64,000 nt of DNA from Candidatus Poribacteria bacterium (GCA_965205015.1 OZ242029.1:3168001-3232000); one strand, 5' to 3'; shown: positions 9,234 to 18,897, counted from the stretch's first letter. Numbers and translations are program-made. The notes: generated by a model from the sequence alone, not told the origin.

Positions 9234-10196
9234 CTAATCTATCGTAAAACTATACACAGCATGCCTAAAAATAACAACTTTGGCACCGTTAGCTAAAATG
9301 AGCTTAATCTCATAAGGACTGACCCAATCTATACTGCCCCGAAAGACCTCTCCCTCACGGAGTGTAATCTCAATTGACGTTCCATTTTTTCGGGCGAGTC
9401 GAGCCGCTTTGGTATCAAGTTCAGGGGCTTGAACGTCAGCGGTGAGTTGTGTCAATTCCTGTGCCTTCACGGCAGCATCGATCTCAACGGATGCCTGAAC
9501 CCTCTCTGCATCAATGTCTTTATAGCAGTATTTAACATCCGTTTTGGCGATGTGCTGTTCGCGCCCGTTGCTATTGAGGGTCAAACTGGAGAGCGTCATT
9601 TCAAGGACAGTAGCGGGCAGTTGTACATGATTATACAACGCAAAAAACATGGATGTTTCAAAATTAATCTGTTTAAGGATATAGAGATCACCAAAGCTGA
9701 GTTGCTTTGAAGCGGAGTCCTGCGTCTCTTGTGTTGGTACTGCCGAAGCGTTAAGATCCGTCGTCAAAGCACGTTGATTGCGGGGTGGTTTTGCTGCCGG
9801 TCTCAGCGGTGCTACGGATGCATCATGGTCTCGGCGATTCCGATTCGGCTTTGGTTTGTCGGCATCATGATCAGACACAGCCCCCGTCTCATCACTGATA
9901 AATTGGCCCTGTCCCTGCCCTGGAAACCCGGCGTAACCGCGCGGAATAATTGCCTTCCCTTGCCGTAGCCATCGGCGTTCCGTCGGTGTCAACAAGACTT
10001 CGACATTTTGGGCAACGAGCCCCTTTTCACCTTCAACAATGCTGTACTTTACGCGCTGTCCGACACGGAGTTCCTCGTATTCGGGTTGCTTAATAGCAGA
10101 ACTATGTAAAAAGACATCCGCGTCACTGCTATCTTGCGCGATGAATCCGAAGCCTTTATCGAAATTGTAGTACTTAATCCGTCCTGTAGGCATCAT
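9234..10196 (-). CDS. Cold-shock domain fused to two Hfq/Sm-like domains
   Basis: aa 3-67 form a CSD (GRIKYYNFDKGFGFI, DVFLHSS). aa ~260-320 are Hfq-like (ARKNGTSIEITLREGEVFRGSIDWVSPYEIKL...VIFRHAV). aa ~166-226 are a more degenerate Hfq-like copy. Confidence 0.75.
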   Translation of the reverse strand: MMPTGRIKYYNFDKGFGFIAQDSSDADVFLHSSAIKQPEYEELRVGQRVKYSIVEGEKGLVAQNVEVLLTPTERRWLRQGKAIIPRGYAGFPGQGQGQFISDETGAVSDHDADKPKPNRNRRDHDASVAPLRPAAKPPRNQRALTTDLNASAVPTQETQDSASKQLSFGDLYILKQINFETSMFFALYNHVQLPATVLEMTLSSLTLNSNGREQHIAKTDVKYCYKDIDAERVQASVEIDAAVKAQELTQLTADVQAPELDTKAARLARKNGTSIEITLREGEVFRGSIDWVSPYEIKLILANGAKVVIFRHAVYSFTID

Positions 10197-10475
10197 ATGC
10201 TCCTGTGGTCTGGTCCCTTTTCAGGAAGAGGACGTTAACCCTTCGCGTTCCTATGCGAGCATTCCTTATTTACGGTTTTTCTTGACACAACATCTCTATC
10301 CTGTATACAATAGAACGGGTCTCATCTTTTTTCGAAACCAATTCCATCCGACAACAGTGAGAAGAGAGATAGATTGCCAAGGTATTTGTATATTAAATCA
10401 TAATTCGACACATTTGTCAAGTATCAACTATGCGGCTACGGATAGTCTGCTCGCAGCCTTTAAAGGAGACCTTGT

Positions 10476-11765
10476 ATGGAAACCACCGATCTGACCCATC
10501 ACATTCAATCTATTCGCCTTGTTGATACACACGAACACATGAGGCGTGAAGCAGAATGGGTTGAAAACGGACCTGATATCCTCCAAGACCTATTCGGAAA
10601 TTATGTGCCTGCCGACCTGGTAACAGCCGGTGCCTCCCCAGAAGCGATGCACAACCTGATGGACGCTTCTCAGGGCATCGCATCACGGTTTGAAGGGATT
10701 CGAGACGCGTGGGAAGCGACACAGTTTACTGGGTATGGCGAGGCAGTCAGCCTCATCGCAAAACACATCTATGGACTTGACGAACTAACAGGCGATGGGC
10801 TTGCCGGTACCGATTCTCTAAAGACGCTTCGCGCGCCCGGCAAACGTTATCACATTTTACACGACATCGCGAACCTTGACCATATTCAAACGGATGATTT
10901 CAGTTGGCAATGTACCCCGGACACATCCGGTCCCGATTTTTTCCTTTATGATCTCTCATGGGCAACATTCTGTAACGGACAGGTTGATCCGAGTGCTATC
11001 CATGCAGAGACGGGTATTGCGGTCAACGACCTTGCGACCCTCAAAACGGCTATGGCAGCGATTTTCGCCAAGCACGCCCCTTGTGCTATCGCTGTAAAAT
11101 CGCAACACGCTTATAATCGAACGCTCGATTGGATTGAAAGGAGCGATGCTGAGGCGTCTACTGCGCTCAATGCTGTGCTCACAAAACCGGCTGCAGCAGT
11201 TGATGAAGCCACGAGGCTCTGTCTTGGCGATTGGTGTTGGGCGCGAGGCGTTGAACTCACGATTGAACACAATCTCCCTTTCAAGATTCACACCGGTTAT
11301 TATGCGGGCAACGATCGGATGCCGGTGCGACGCATCCCTGCTGGCAACATGTGTGCGCTCTTCGCTCGTTATCTTGACGCGAAGTTTGTATTGATGCACA
11401 TCGCATACCCTTATAACGACGAGTTGGTCGCACTTGCCAAGCATTATCGTAATATTTGGGTTGACTTCTGCTGGGCGTGGAGCATCGATCCGTATAGTTC
11501 GCGTGATTTCCTCCGTCGGTGCATCCATGCGGTCCCGTCAAATAAATTGTTCGCCTTCGGCGGCGATACAGGGTGGCCCACGAGTGCGATGGCGTATGCG
11601 ATTCAAGCGCGAAACGAAATTCGACGCGCCCTTGAAGCCGAGATTGCGGACGGTTACCTCACTGAAAAACAGGCAATGGCGTTCGCGACCCGAATTATGA
11701 ATACGAACCAGTATGACTGTTTCGATATAAGCGGTACGCGCTCGAACATCGCGAAAGCGGCCTGA
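10476..11765 (+). CDS. Amidohydrolase-superfamily metal-dependent hydrolase
   Basis: VDTHEH, KIHTG, LMHIAYPY and FGGD motifs; SD AAGGAG. Confidence 0.88.
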   Translation: METTDLTHHIQSIRLVDTHEHMRREAEWVENGPDILQDLFGNYVPADLVTAGASPEAMHNLMDASQGIASRFEGIRDAWEATQFTGYGEAVSLIAKHIYGLDELTGDGLAGTDSLKTLRAPGKRYHILHDIANLDHIQTDDFSWQCTPDTSGPDFFLYDLSWATFCNGQVDPSAIHAETGIAVNDLATLKTAMAAIFAKHAPCAIAVKSQHAYNRTLDWIERSDAEASTALNAVLTKPAAAVDEATRLCLGDWCWARGVELTIEHNLPFKIHTGYYAGNDRMPVRRIPAGNMCALFARYLDAKFVLMHIAYPYNDELVALAKHYRNIWVDFCWAWSIDPYSSRDFLRRCIHAVPSNKLFAFGGDTGWPTSAMAYAIQARNEIRRALEAEIADGYLTEKQAMAFATRIMNTNQYDCFDISGTRSNIAKAA

Positions 11766-11774
11766 CCTGAAGAT

Positions 11775-12821
11775 TTACGCTGATGCGTCTCTTAAAGCCT
11801 TCAAATTCTCCGTATAAGGGGCACGCGCCACGCCTTTCTCAGTAATAATCGCTGTGACTAACGCCGCGGGCGTGACATCAAACGCGGGACTATAGACCTT
11901 GACCCCTTCGGGGGCAGTCAGTTTCCCGAAGCCTTCTGTCACCTCTTCCGCCGCCCGTTGCTCAATCGGGATTTCTGCTCCGGTTTCCAGGGCAAAGTCT
12001 AAGGTTGACGTCGGTGCAGCGACGTAAAAGGGGATGCCGTGTGCCTCGGCGAGGATAGCGACATTATAGGTGCCGATCTTGTTCGCAGTGTCGCCGTTTG
12101 CGGCGATCCGGTCGGCACCGACAATGACACATTGGATTTTGCCCTCTTTCATGACCTGCGCCGCCATGTTATCACAGATGAGCGTTACATCAATGCCCGC
12201 TTGCATGAGTTCCCAAGTGGTGAGACGTGCGCCTTGTAAAAGGGGCCGCGTCTCATCAGCGTAAACTTGGATATTCTTACCAGCCTCGTGTGCACTGAAC
12301 ATAACAGCTAACGCTGTTCCGTAGTCGGATGTTGCTAATCCACCAGCGTTGCAATGCGTCAGAATCGTGTCGTTTTCCTTGAGCAACGCCATACCGTGCT
12401 GTCCAATGGCACGGCACATCGCTTTATCCTCATCGATAATCTCCAAAGCCTCAGCAAGCAACACCTCTTTGAGTTTAGGGATCTGAAGATGGCGGTTCTC
12501 TTGCGCTGTTCGGGTCATTCTATCGAGTGCCCAAAACAGATTAACGGCTGTGGGTCGCGAGGTCGCCAAATAATCGGTAGCGGATTTAAGTTCTGCGGCA
12601 AAAGCGTCGTAGGTTTTCGCAGTGGAATCCCATATTCCGAGCACAGCCCCCAAAGCCCCGGCGATACCGATCGCGGGGGCACCACGTACACGCAAGGATT
12701 TGATGGCTTCCCAGACCGATGGGAGATCATCGCAATAGATCTGCTTGAATTCGTTGGGTAACAGCGTCTGGTCAATCATCCGAATTCTGCCATCTACCCA
12801 CTCAATTGTTGAAACTGCCAT
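11775..12821 (-). CDS. mtnA: S-methyl-5-thioribose-1-phosphate isomerase
   Basis: VRGAPAIG, RPTAVNL, THCNAGGLAT, DETRPLLQGARLT and NGDTANKIGT. Confidence 0.97.
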   Translation of the reverse strand: MAVSTIEWVDGRIRMIDQTLLPNEFKQIYCDDLPSVWEAIKSLRVRGAPAIGIAGALGAVLGIWDSTAKTYDAFAAELKSATDYLATSRPTAVNLFWALDRMTRTAQENRHLQIPKLKEVLLAEALEIIDEDKAMCRAIGQHGMALLKENDTILTHCNAGGLATSDYGTALAVMFSAHEAGKNIQVYADETRPLLQGARLTTWELMQAGIDVTLICDNMAAQVMKEGKIQCVIVGADRIAANGDTANKIGTYNVAILAEAHGIPFYVAAPTSTLDFALETGAEIPIEQRAAEEVTEGFGKLTAPEGVKVYSPAFDVTPAALVTAIITEKGVARAPYTENLKALRDASA

Positions 12822-12904
12822 TTTATGATGCAGGAACCTCCTCTAAAAAAACGAAGCACATCCCGAAGTAAATAGACTAAAGACTAAAACCGGCGTTTAT
12901 AAAG

Positions 12905-12933
12905 ATAATAGCATTTTCTATGTCACAGTGCAA
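12905..12933 (-). promoter_or_regulatory. Sigma70-type promoter of mtnA
   Basis: Minus strand TTGCAC-N17-TATTAT with TG extension. Confidence 0.6.
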
Positions 12934-12946
12934 TCAAAATCTACCA

Positions 12947-12981
12947 GTGATTTATGTGATTTCCTGTGATTTATGTGATTT
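12947..12981. repeat. Four direct repeats of GTGATTT (period 9-10 bp)
   Basis: Copies start at 12947, 12956, 12966 and 12975. Confidence 0.8.
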
Positions 12982-13071
12982 ACCACTCATCCGGGTAATG
13001 CTTCAATCCGTTAAACCGTAGTTCAGACGTTATTCACTGAAAACCGAAATTCGGACTCACGTTAATGTTCC

Positions 13072-14709
13072 TTAAATTGGACATGTCAGGTGTCCAAGTT
13101 CGTTGGTTAGGCGTAAGTTTTCGGCATAATCAACGGGGCAATCAATTACTGAAGGAACTTTCTGACTGAACGCGTCTTCAAGTATAGGCACCAATTCGTC
13201 ACTGCTTTCGACTCTATAGCCTTTGGCACCGAAGGCTTCGGCATATTTGACGAAATCGGGGTTTGTGAAGTCGATGTGGGCAGGTCTACCAAACCCGTTC
13301 ATCTGCTTCCACTCGATAAGCCCGTAAGCCTCGTCATTGAAGATAAGCGTGACGAAGGGTACCCCGAGGCGCGTCGCTGTTTCAAGTTCCTGGGAGTTCA
13401 TCAGGAAGCCGCCGTCACCACAGATTGCTAAACATTTACGTTCTGGATGGATAAGTTTAGCAACAAAAGCCCCGGGTAGTGCTATGCCCATAGCGGCGAA
13501 ACCGTTGGAGATGATGCACGTATTCGGTTGGTAACATGGATACATCCGTGCGATCCACATTTTGTGGGCACCGACGTCGGAAATAAGGATGTCGTCTTCA
13601 GCGAGGACGGAGCGGACATCACTCAAGATTTTTTGAGGCTTTATGGGAAACCCAGCGTCATCGCGGTGTTCGTCGAGTTGATCGAGTATAATTTTTCGCA
13701 GGGTATTTGAGGCATATTCCGAATCTTTAGGATAGATTTCTTGTGCCATCAGGTGTCTGAGGCTCTGCCGGATGTTGCCTACCATCTCGACATCAGTGAC
13801 GTAAGCGGCATCGCTTTCGCTCGGTTCTGTATCAATATGAATGAGTTTCTTGTTCCGATCAGGGTTCCAGAGACGCGGATGGTATTCGACGATATCGTAA
13901 CCGATTGCAATGACGAGGTCTGCCCTATCAAATCCACAGGAGACGAAATCATTTGCCTGTAATCCGACACTCAGGAGAGAGAGTCGATGCGTCCAAGGGA
14001 TGCTACCTTTGCCCATAAAGGTGTGTGCAACGGGAATATTCGTCATTTCGGCGAATTGGGTTAGAATCCGGGAGGCACCTTGACGGACAACGCCATTTCC
14101 TGCGAGGATGATCGGTTGCTTAGCGTCGTTAATAAGTTGCGCGGCACGTAGCAAACAGGAGGCGATGGGTTCTGCTTCGCTGGGAAAGTCATGCGGCATA
14201 GGTTCCGCGTTGACTTCCATTTTGGCGACATCTTCTGGAAAATCGATGTGTGTAGCTCCAGGTTTTTCTCCGGTCGCTGTTTTAAAAGCTTTACTTATCG
14301 ATTCGGGTATGATTTCCGGGAGGTGGAGGAGTGTATTCCATTTGGTCATCGGTTTGAAGACGGAAACGACATCCATATATTGATGAGATTCTTTGTGCAT
14401 TCTGTCTAAACTTGCTTGTCCGGTGATCGCGACGAGGGGTGCCCTATCCATATTCGCATCAGCAACCCCTGTGACGAGGTTCATCGCTCCGGGACCTAAA
14501 GTTGCGAGACAGACGCCGGCGCGTCCGGTGAGACGACCGTAGACATCCGCCATGAAGGCGGCACCGCGTTCATCGCGTGTTTGAATAAATTGGATGTTGG
14601 ATTCCAGCAGTGCGTCCATCAAATCCAGATTTTCTTCACCCGGTATTCCAAATATATAATCAACCTTTTCGTTTTCCAGACATTTAACGATCAATTCTGA
14701 GGCTTTCAT
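13072..14709 (-). CDS. Acetolactate synthase-like ThDP enzyme (stand-alone paralog)
   Basis: FGIPGEENL, TLGPGAMNL and the ThDP motif GDGGFLMNSQELET...FND; no adjacent small subunit. Confidence 0.9.
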   Translation of the reverse strand: MKASELIVKCLENEKVDYIFGIPGEENLDLMDALLESNIQFIQTRDERGAAFMADVYGRLTGRAGVCLATLGPGAMNLVTGVADANMDRAPLVAITGQASLDRMHKESHQYMDVVSVFKPMTKWNTLLHLPEIIPESISKAFKTATGEKPGATHIDFPEDVAKMEVNAEPMPHDFPSEAEPIASCLLRAAQLINDAKQPIILAGNGVVRQGASRILTQFAEMTNIPVAHTFMGKGSIPWTHRLSLLSVGLQANDFVSCGFDRADLVIAIGYDIVEYHPRLWNPDRNKKLIHIDTEPSESDAAYVTDVEMVGNIRQSLRHLMAQEIYPKDSEYASNTLRKIILDQLDEHRDDAGFPIKPQKILSDVRSVLAEDDILISDVGAHKMWIARMYPCYQPNTCIISNGFAAMGIALPGAFVAKLIHPERKCLAICGDGGFLMNSQELETATRLGVPFVTLIFNDEAYGLIEWKQMNGFGRPAHIDFTNPDFVKYAEAFGAKGYRVESSDELVPILEDAFSQKVPSVIDCPVDYAENLRLTNELGHLTCPI

Positions 14710-14864
14710 AATTTACATTTCCTTATTTGTTGAAGTGGACGAAAAATTTGTTTTTTCGCTCTGAATCACCTATCATTAATATATCAGATAGAGAGAGAAA
14801 ATTGCAATTTTAAGAGAAAGTATTAAATACACAAAGTATTTTGTCCAGCGATAGAGAAAAAATT

Positions 14865-17800
14865 ATGATTAAAAAACCTATCTATTTTTGCCTATTCCTG
14901 TTATTTGTAAATTCGCAATTCGTTTTTGCCCAAAGCAATTCAGACCATTTTCCTCATATCACTGACACACCGGGAGAACTGATCGTTCGTTTACAGCCGA
15001 ATGCGTCCGGTAAGCAGCTTGAAAGATTAAGTAGACACCTCGGGGCGGTATCTGTTCTTCCAGTTTTTCCCGCTACTACGCCTGGCGGGCAACACCCTCG
15101 GCTCCGTCGTATCTATCTGATTCGATTTCCAAGGCGTTGGGAATTGGAACCCTTACGGCGACGGTATGAACGACACGCCGCAATTGAAGCGGTTGAGATG
15201 AATCGTCTCAGCCAGCCGTGTGCGGCGATAGAGCCGAACGACCCCAATTATGCGGATCAGTGGAACCTATCTGTTCTAAATATGCCACAAGCGTGGGGTA
15301 TCGAACAGGGAAAACCACAAGTAACGGTAGCGGTTGTTGATAGCGGTATCGCGGCCCGACACCCTGAATTTCATTCGCAGCTGTGGGAAAACGTCGGTGA
15401 GATTCCGAGAAACGGCATTGACGATGACGGAAACGGCTATATTGATGACAAAAACGGATGGGATTTTAGCGATGCCCCGACCCTTCCCGGCAGTGGCGAT
15501 TGGACAGTCCGCGATAACGATCCCGAGGATGAAACTGGGCATGGGACACACGTCTCCGGTATCATTGCTGCGAAAGCGAACAACGGACGTGGCATTGCCG
15601 GGATCGCGCCGTATTGCCGTTTGATGCCCCTTAGAGCCGGTTTCAAGTATGGAGGGGGTGCTTATCTCCAGAACGACGACCTCGCCGCTGCTATTGTCTA
15701 TGCTGCCGACAATGGCGCACGTGTGATTAATATGAGTTGGGGAGATACGGTGCGTGCCTTTATCATAGAAGATGCTGTAGAATACGCACATCATCGTGGA
15801 TGTGTCCTCGTTGGTGCCGCGGGCAATTCGGCGGCAGTCGGTTCTTACTATCCTGCTGCTCTTAGACCGGTTATCTCCGTTGCGGGACTTGGGCGGGAAA
15901 AGCAGTTGTATGACGGTTCTAATTTCGGGGCGACAATTGACATCGCCGCGCCCGGTGAAGAAATTCTCAGCACGGCACTGAATGGAGAATATCGGAAGAG
16001 ATCCGGGACATCCATGGCAGCGGCACATGTTTCTGGCGTTGCAGGCTTGGTCATCGCTGTGTTCCCCGATTATAACAGTGTAGAGATTCAAGAGACCCTC
16101 ATTGCTACTGCCGAACCCCTATTTATCAATGCGCTCGTTGGTGCAGGGGTACTTGATGCATACGATGCGGTGCTCGAGGCTCGCGAGGCGCGCGGGGTTG
16201 CTCTATCCATAGAGACACCGTTCGAGGGCATAGGTGCCGATCTTCCGATTCCAAGAGCTTTCATCGCGCAAATTGATGCACATCGAATAGTCCCGCAGGT
16301 TGCAGGAACCGATAATATTAGCCATATCGAGATCATCGGCAGCGCGGGCGGTGCTGGATTTTCTGAATACTGGCTGGCGTATGGCATCGGTGAAGTGCCT
16401 GATTTATGGTATCCGTTGGGAACTGCGCAAACTGAACCGAAATTTAGTGCGTGCCTATACAAGTGGGATACCTCTGATTTTGCGGAGGGCAGGTATACGC
16501 TGCGGCTGAGTGTTAAATCTGAAAATGGAGACATCAAGAGAGCCAAGGTAGTTGTTGATGTGGCGCACGAGGCACCTCTTATTCTAAAGCATGAAGCACA
16601 ACCGTGGCTTGCGGGAAACGAATTCAATTCAGTAGTGATGTGGCAAACGGAAGCGTTAACCACGGGCGAAATCCAAATTGTTGAGGCAAACGGCACTATC
16701 GATAGAACTGTCCATTCAGACGCGGAGAATCTGCTGCATTTCGTCAATATATCCGATTTAGGCGTGCCTTCCGGGACTTATTTGTACCGATTGGCGGTGA
16801 AAAATCGCGTCGGGGTGCTGCACATCGCTGATAACAACGACGGGTTATATCAGCTTGAAGTGGACGATACGCTGATTGGTATGTCGCATCTCTCGCAAGT
16901 CGCATCCATCGACAGCGGATTGCACGCTATCGCCTCCCCGGTAGATATAAACAGAAACGGGAAGTTGGAACTCTTTGTCGTTGAAATGGAGACTGGCACG
17001 GCACAAATTCTTGAGATAGCGGATAATGGAACATACGCGCAGATTTTTTCATTTCCTGAATCAGTGTGGCCCTGGGCATCAGCGGATACAGACAACGATG
17101 GACTTATAGAGATATTGTGCAATGCTTCGGGCGTGACATTTTTGCTGGAGCAACCTGCGCAAGATGAACTTCCAACGGAACGCATCTGGGAGGCACGCGG
17201 GCAGTGGAGTAGAACGATCGCAGATGTGGATGCAGACGGCATCCCTGAGATCTTCGCTCGTGATGATGTCACGAACACCATTTCGGTATACGAGGCGGTC
17301 GAAAATAACGGTTATCGAATTGTAGCGACCCTTGAAAACCCGATGTGGGGAAACACTGGAATTAGTGCGAATTTCGCCACGGGCGATTTTGACGGTGATG
17401 GACGGACAGAGATTTTAGCGGGGGACAACAGTGGGAGAGTGTTCATACACGAGGCGGCTGGAAATGACGAATACAGACAAACTTGGATACACACGCTTCC
17501 TGAAGGAATCCCACAACTCTTTGCCGCTGGGGATATGGACGGCGATGGAAACCCCGAGTTTGCTATCTGTGCCAAAACGGGTACCCAAGTCGGCACTACA
17601 CAACTTGATATTCGTTATCATCACTGGCTTTTAACGATTTTCAAATCAGAGGGTGATGATATCTATCGTGCGGTGTGGACGCAACGCATCCGTGACGTAT
17701 GGGATGGCGGAAATGGGATGACGATTGCGGACGCGAATAACGATGGACGCAATGAACTTTGCATCGCTGTTCAGCCGAACTTCTATCTCGTGCGGTATGA

Positions 17801-18563
17801 CGGCATAGGCTATCGACCTATCTGGCACCATACCGCGACAAGCACTTTCAATCCGATTGTGGCTGACCTGAATGGGAATGGAACAAAGGCACTGCTGTTT
17901 AACAGTAATAATGCCTTGACCGTTTTTGAGACTTTTGAAACGGTTTCGTCCATTCCACCATCCACATCAGTATCTGTTGTACCAACACAGCGACCACGCT
18001 TGCATGCCGCGGTGCATTCGCCACCGAATCAGCTCTTATTGGCGTTTGACAAACCGATGGGTGTCTCTGCGACGGACGCTGGACGTTACCGTCTGCACAA
18101 GCAGGGAAACTTGGAAAGCGGTTTGGAACGTTACACGCCGCGCTCGGCGATCCTTGACCAAGCAGGCGAGCGGGTTGTCCTGACGTTCTCTCCAAAAGTC
18201 TTTCGCACAGGCAATCGTTATCAGATTGAGGCATTTCAACTTTCGGATATATACGGTGCGGATCTCGCAGAGGATGCCAGAATGCTGACGATACTGCTCC
18301 CGACACCAACGCTTGCAGAGGTGATTGTCTATCCCAATCCAGTGGCAGCGTGTAATGAGGTTACCTTCGATAAACTACCGGCGGGAACTAACATTGATAT
18401 CTATGATGTCAGTGGGAACTGTATTGCAGTATTTCCTCGGACGGAACATGGAAGGAACAGAAGAATTTGGGAGCTTTCTGGTAGTGTTAGCAGCGGGGTC
18501 TATATCTATGTCCTTTCGTCTGAGGAGCAGCGGCGCGTTGGTAAACTCTCTGTCATCCGCTGA
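14865..18563 (+). CDS. Secreted S8 (subtilisin) serine peptidase with FG-GAP repeats and a T9SS-like C-terminal domain
   Basis: Signal peptide; catalytic triad VVDSG / GHGTHVSG / SGTSMA; several DxDGDG repeats; C-terminal VYPNP...IYDVSG...SGVYIY...GKLSVIR. Confidence 0.9.
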   Translation: MIKKPIYFCLFLLFVNSQFVFAQSNSDHFPHITDTPGELIVRLQPNASGKQLERLSRHLGAVSVLPVFPATTPGGQHPRLRRIYLIRFPRRWELEPLRRRYERHAAIEAVEMNRLSQPCAAIEPNDPNYADQWNLSVLNMPQAWGIEQGKPQVTVAVVDSGIAARHPEFHSQLWENVGEIPRNGIDDDGNGYIDDKNGWDFSDAPTLPGSGDWTVRDNDPEDETGHGTHVSGIIAAKANNGRGIAGIAPYCRLMPLRAGFKYGGGAYLQNDDLAAAIVYAADNGARVINMSWGDTVRAFIIEDAVEYAHHRGCVLVGAAGNSAAVGSYYPAALRPVISVAGLGREKQLYDGSNFGATIDIAAPGEEILSTALNGEYRKRSGTSMAAAHVSGVAGLVIAVFPDYNSVEIQETLIATAEPLFINALVGAGVLDAYDAVLEAREARGVALSIETPFEGIGADLPIPRAFIAQIDAHRIVPQVAGTDNISHIEIIGSAGGAGFSEYWLAYGIGEVPDLWYPLGTAQTEPKFSACLYKWDTSDFAEGRYTLRLSVKSENGDIKRAKVVVDVAHEAPLILKHEAQPWLAGNEFNSVVMWQTEALTTGEIQIVEANGTIDRTVHSDAENLLHFVNISDLGVPSGTYLYRLAVKNRVGVLHIADNNDGLYQLEVDDTLIGMSHLSQVASIDSGLHAIASPVDINRNGKLELFVVEMETGTAQILEIADNGTYAQIFSFPESVWPWASADTDNDGLIEILCNASGVTFLLEQPAQDELPTERIWEARGQWSRTIADVDADGIPEIFARDDVTNTISVYEAVENNGYRIVATLENPMWGNTGISANFATGDFDGDGRTEILAGDNSGRVFIHEAAGNDEYRQTWIHTLPEGIPQLFAAGDMDGDGNPEFAICAKTGTQVGTTQLDIRYHHWLLTIFKSEGDDIYRAVWTQRIRDVWDGGNGMTIADANNDGRNELCIAVQPNFYLVRYDGIGYRPIWHHTATSTFNPIVADLNGNGTKALLFNSNNALTVFETFETVSSIPPSTSVSVVPTQRPRLHAAVHSPPNQLLLAFDKPMGVSATDAGRYRLHKQGNLESGLERYTPRSAILDQAGERVVLTFSPKVFRTGNRYQIEAFQLSDIYGADLAEDARMLTILLPTPTLAEVIVYPNPVAACNEVTFDKLPAGTNIDIYDVSGNCIAVFPRTEHGRNRRIWELSGSVSSGVYIYVLSSEEQRRVGKLSVIR

Positions 18564-18596
18564 TTTTTTCTATTGGTGTTATGTGGAGAGACACGT

Positions 18597-18891
18597 TGGT
18601 TAGGCAAAATACCTGTCCCTACATTTGATGCTATGGGGTCAGGCACAAGACCTGCCCCTACATTTGATGCTATGGGGTCAGGCACAAGACCTGCCCCTAC
18701 ACTTGATGCTATGGGTCCGGTAGGAGACCTGTCCCTACATTTGATGCTATGGGTCCGGTAGAAGACCTGTCCCTACACTTGATGCTATGGGGTCAGGCAC
18801 AAGACCTGCCCCTACATTTGATGCTATAGGTCCGGTAGGAGACCTGTCCCTACATTTGATGCTATGGGTCCGGTAGAAGACCTGCCTCTAC
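18597..18891 (-). repeat. Tandem array of 8 GTAG REP hairpins (38-39 bp period)
   Basis: CTAC ends at 18622, 18661, 18700, 18738, 18776, 18815, 18853 and 18891, with a near-constant ATTTGATGCTAT linker. Confidence 0.92.
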
Positions 18892-18897
18892 AATTCG

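Noticed and set aside
12822-12905. SAM or other riboswitch upstream of mtnA
   Set aside because: The leader is short and A/T-rich with no SAM-I/II core motifs.
15276-17624. Long antisense ORFs over the S8 peptidase (similarly 35957-36754, 40894-41502 and 10956-11528)
   Set aside because: These are shadow frames of well-supported genes, with no motifs or RBS.
18573-18761. 62-aa repetitive ORF
   Set aside because: It is a by-product of the 39-bp repeat units.
18597-18891. Possible CRISPR array
   Set aside because: There are no unique spacers (only two recurring variants), the period is only 38-39 bp, and no cas genes are nearby. It fits a REP array.
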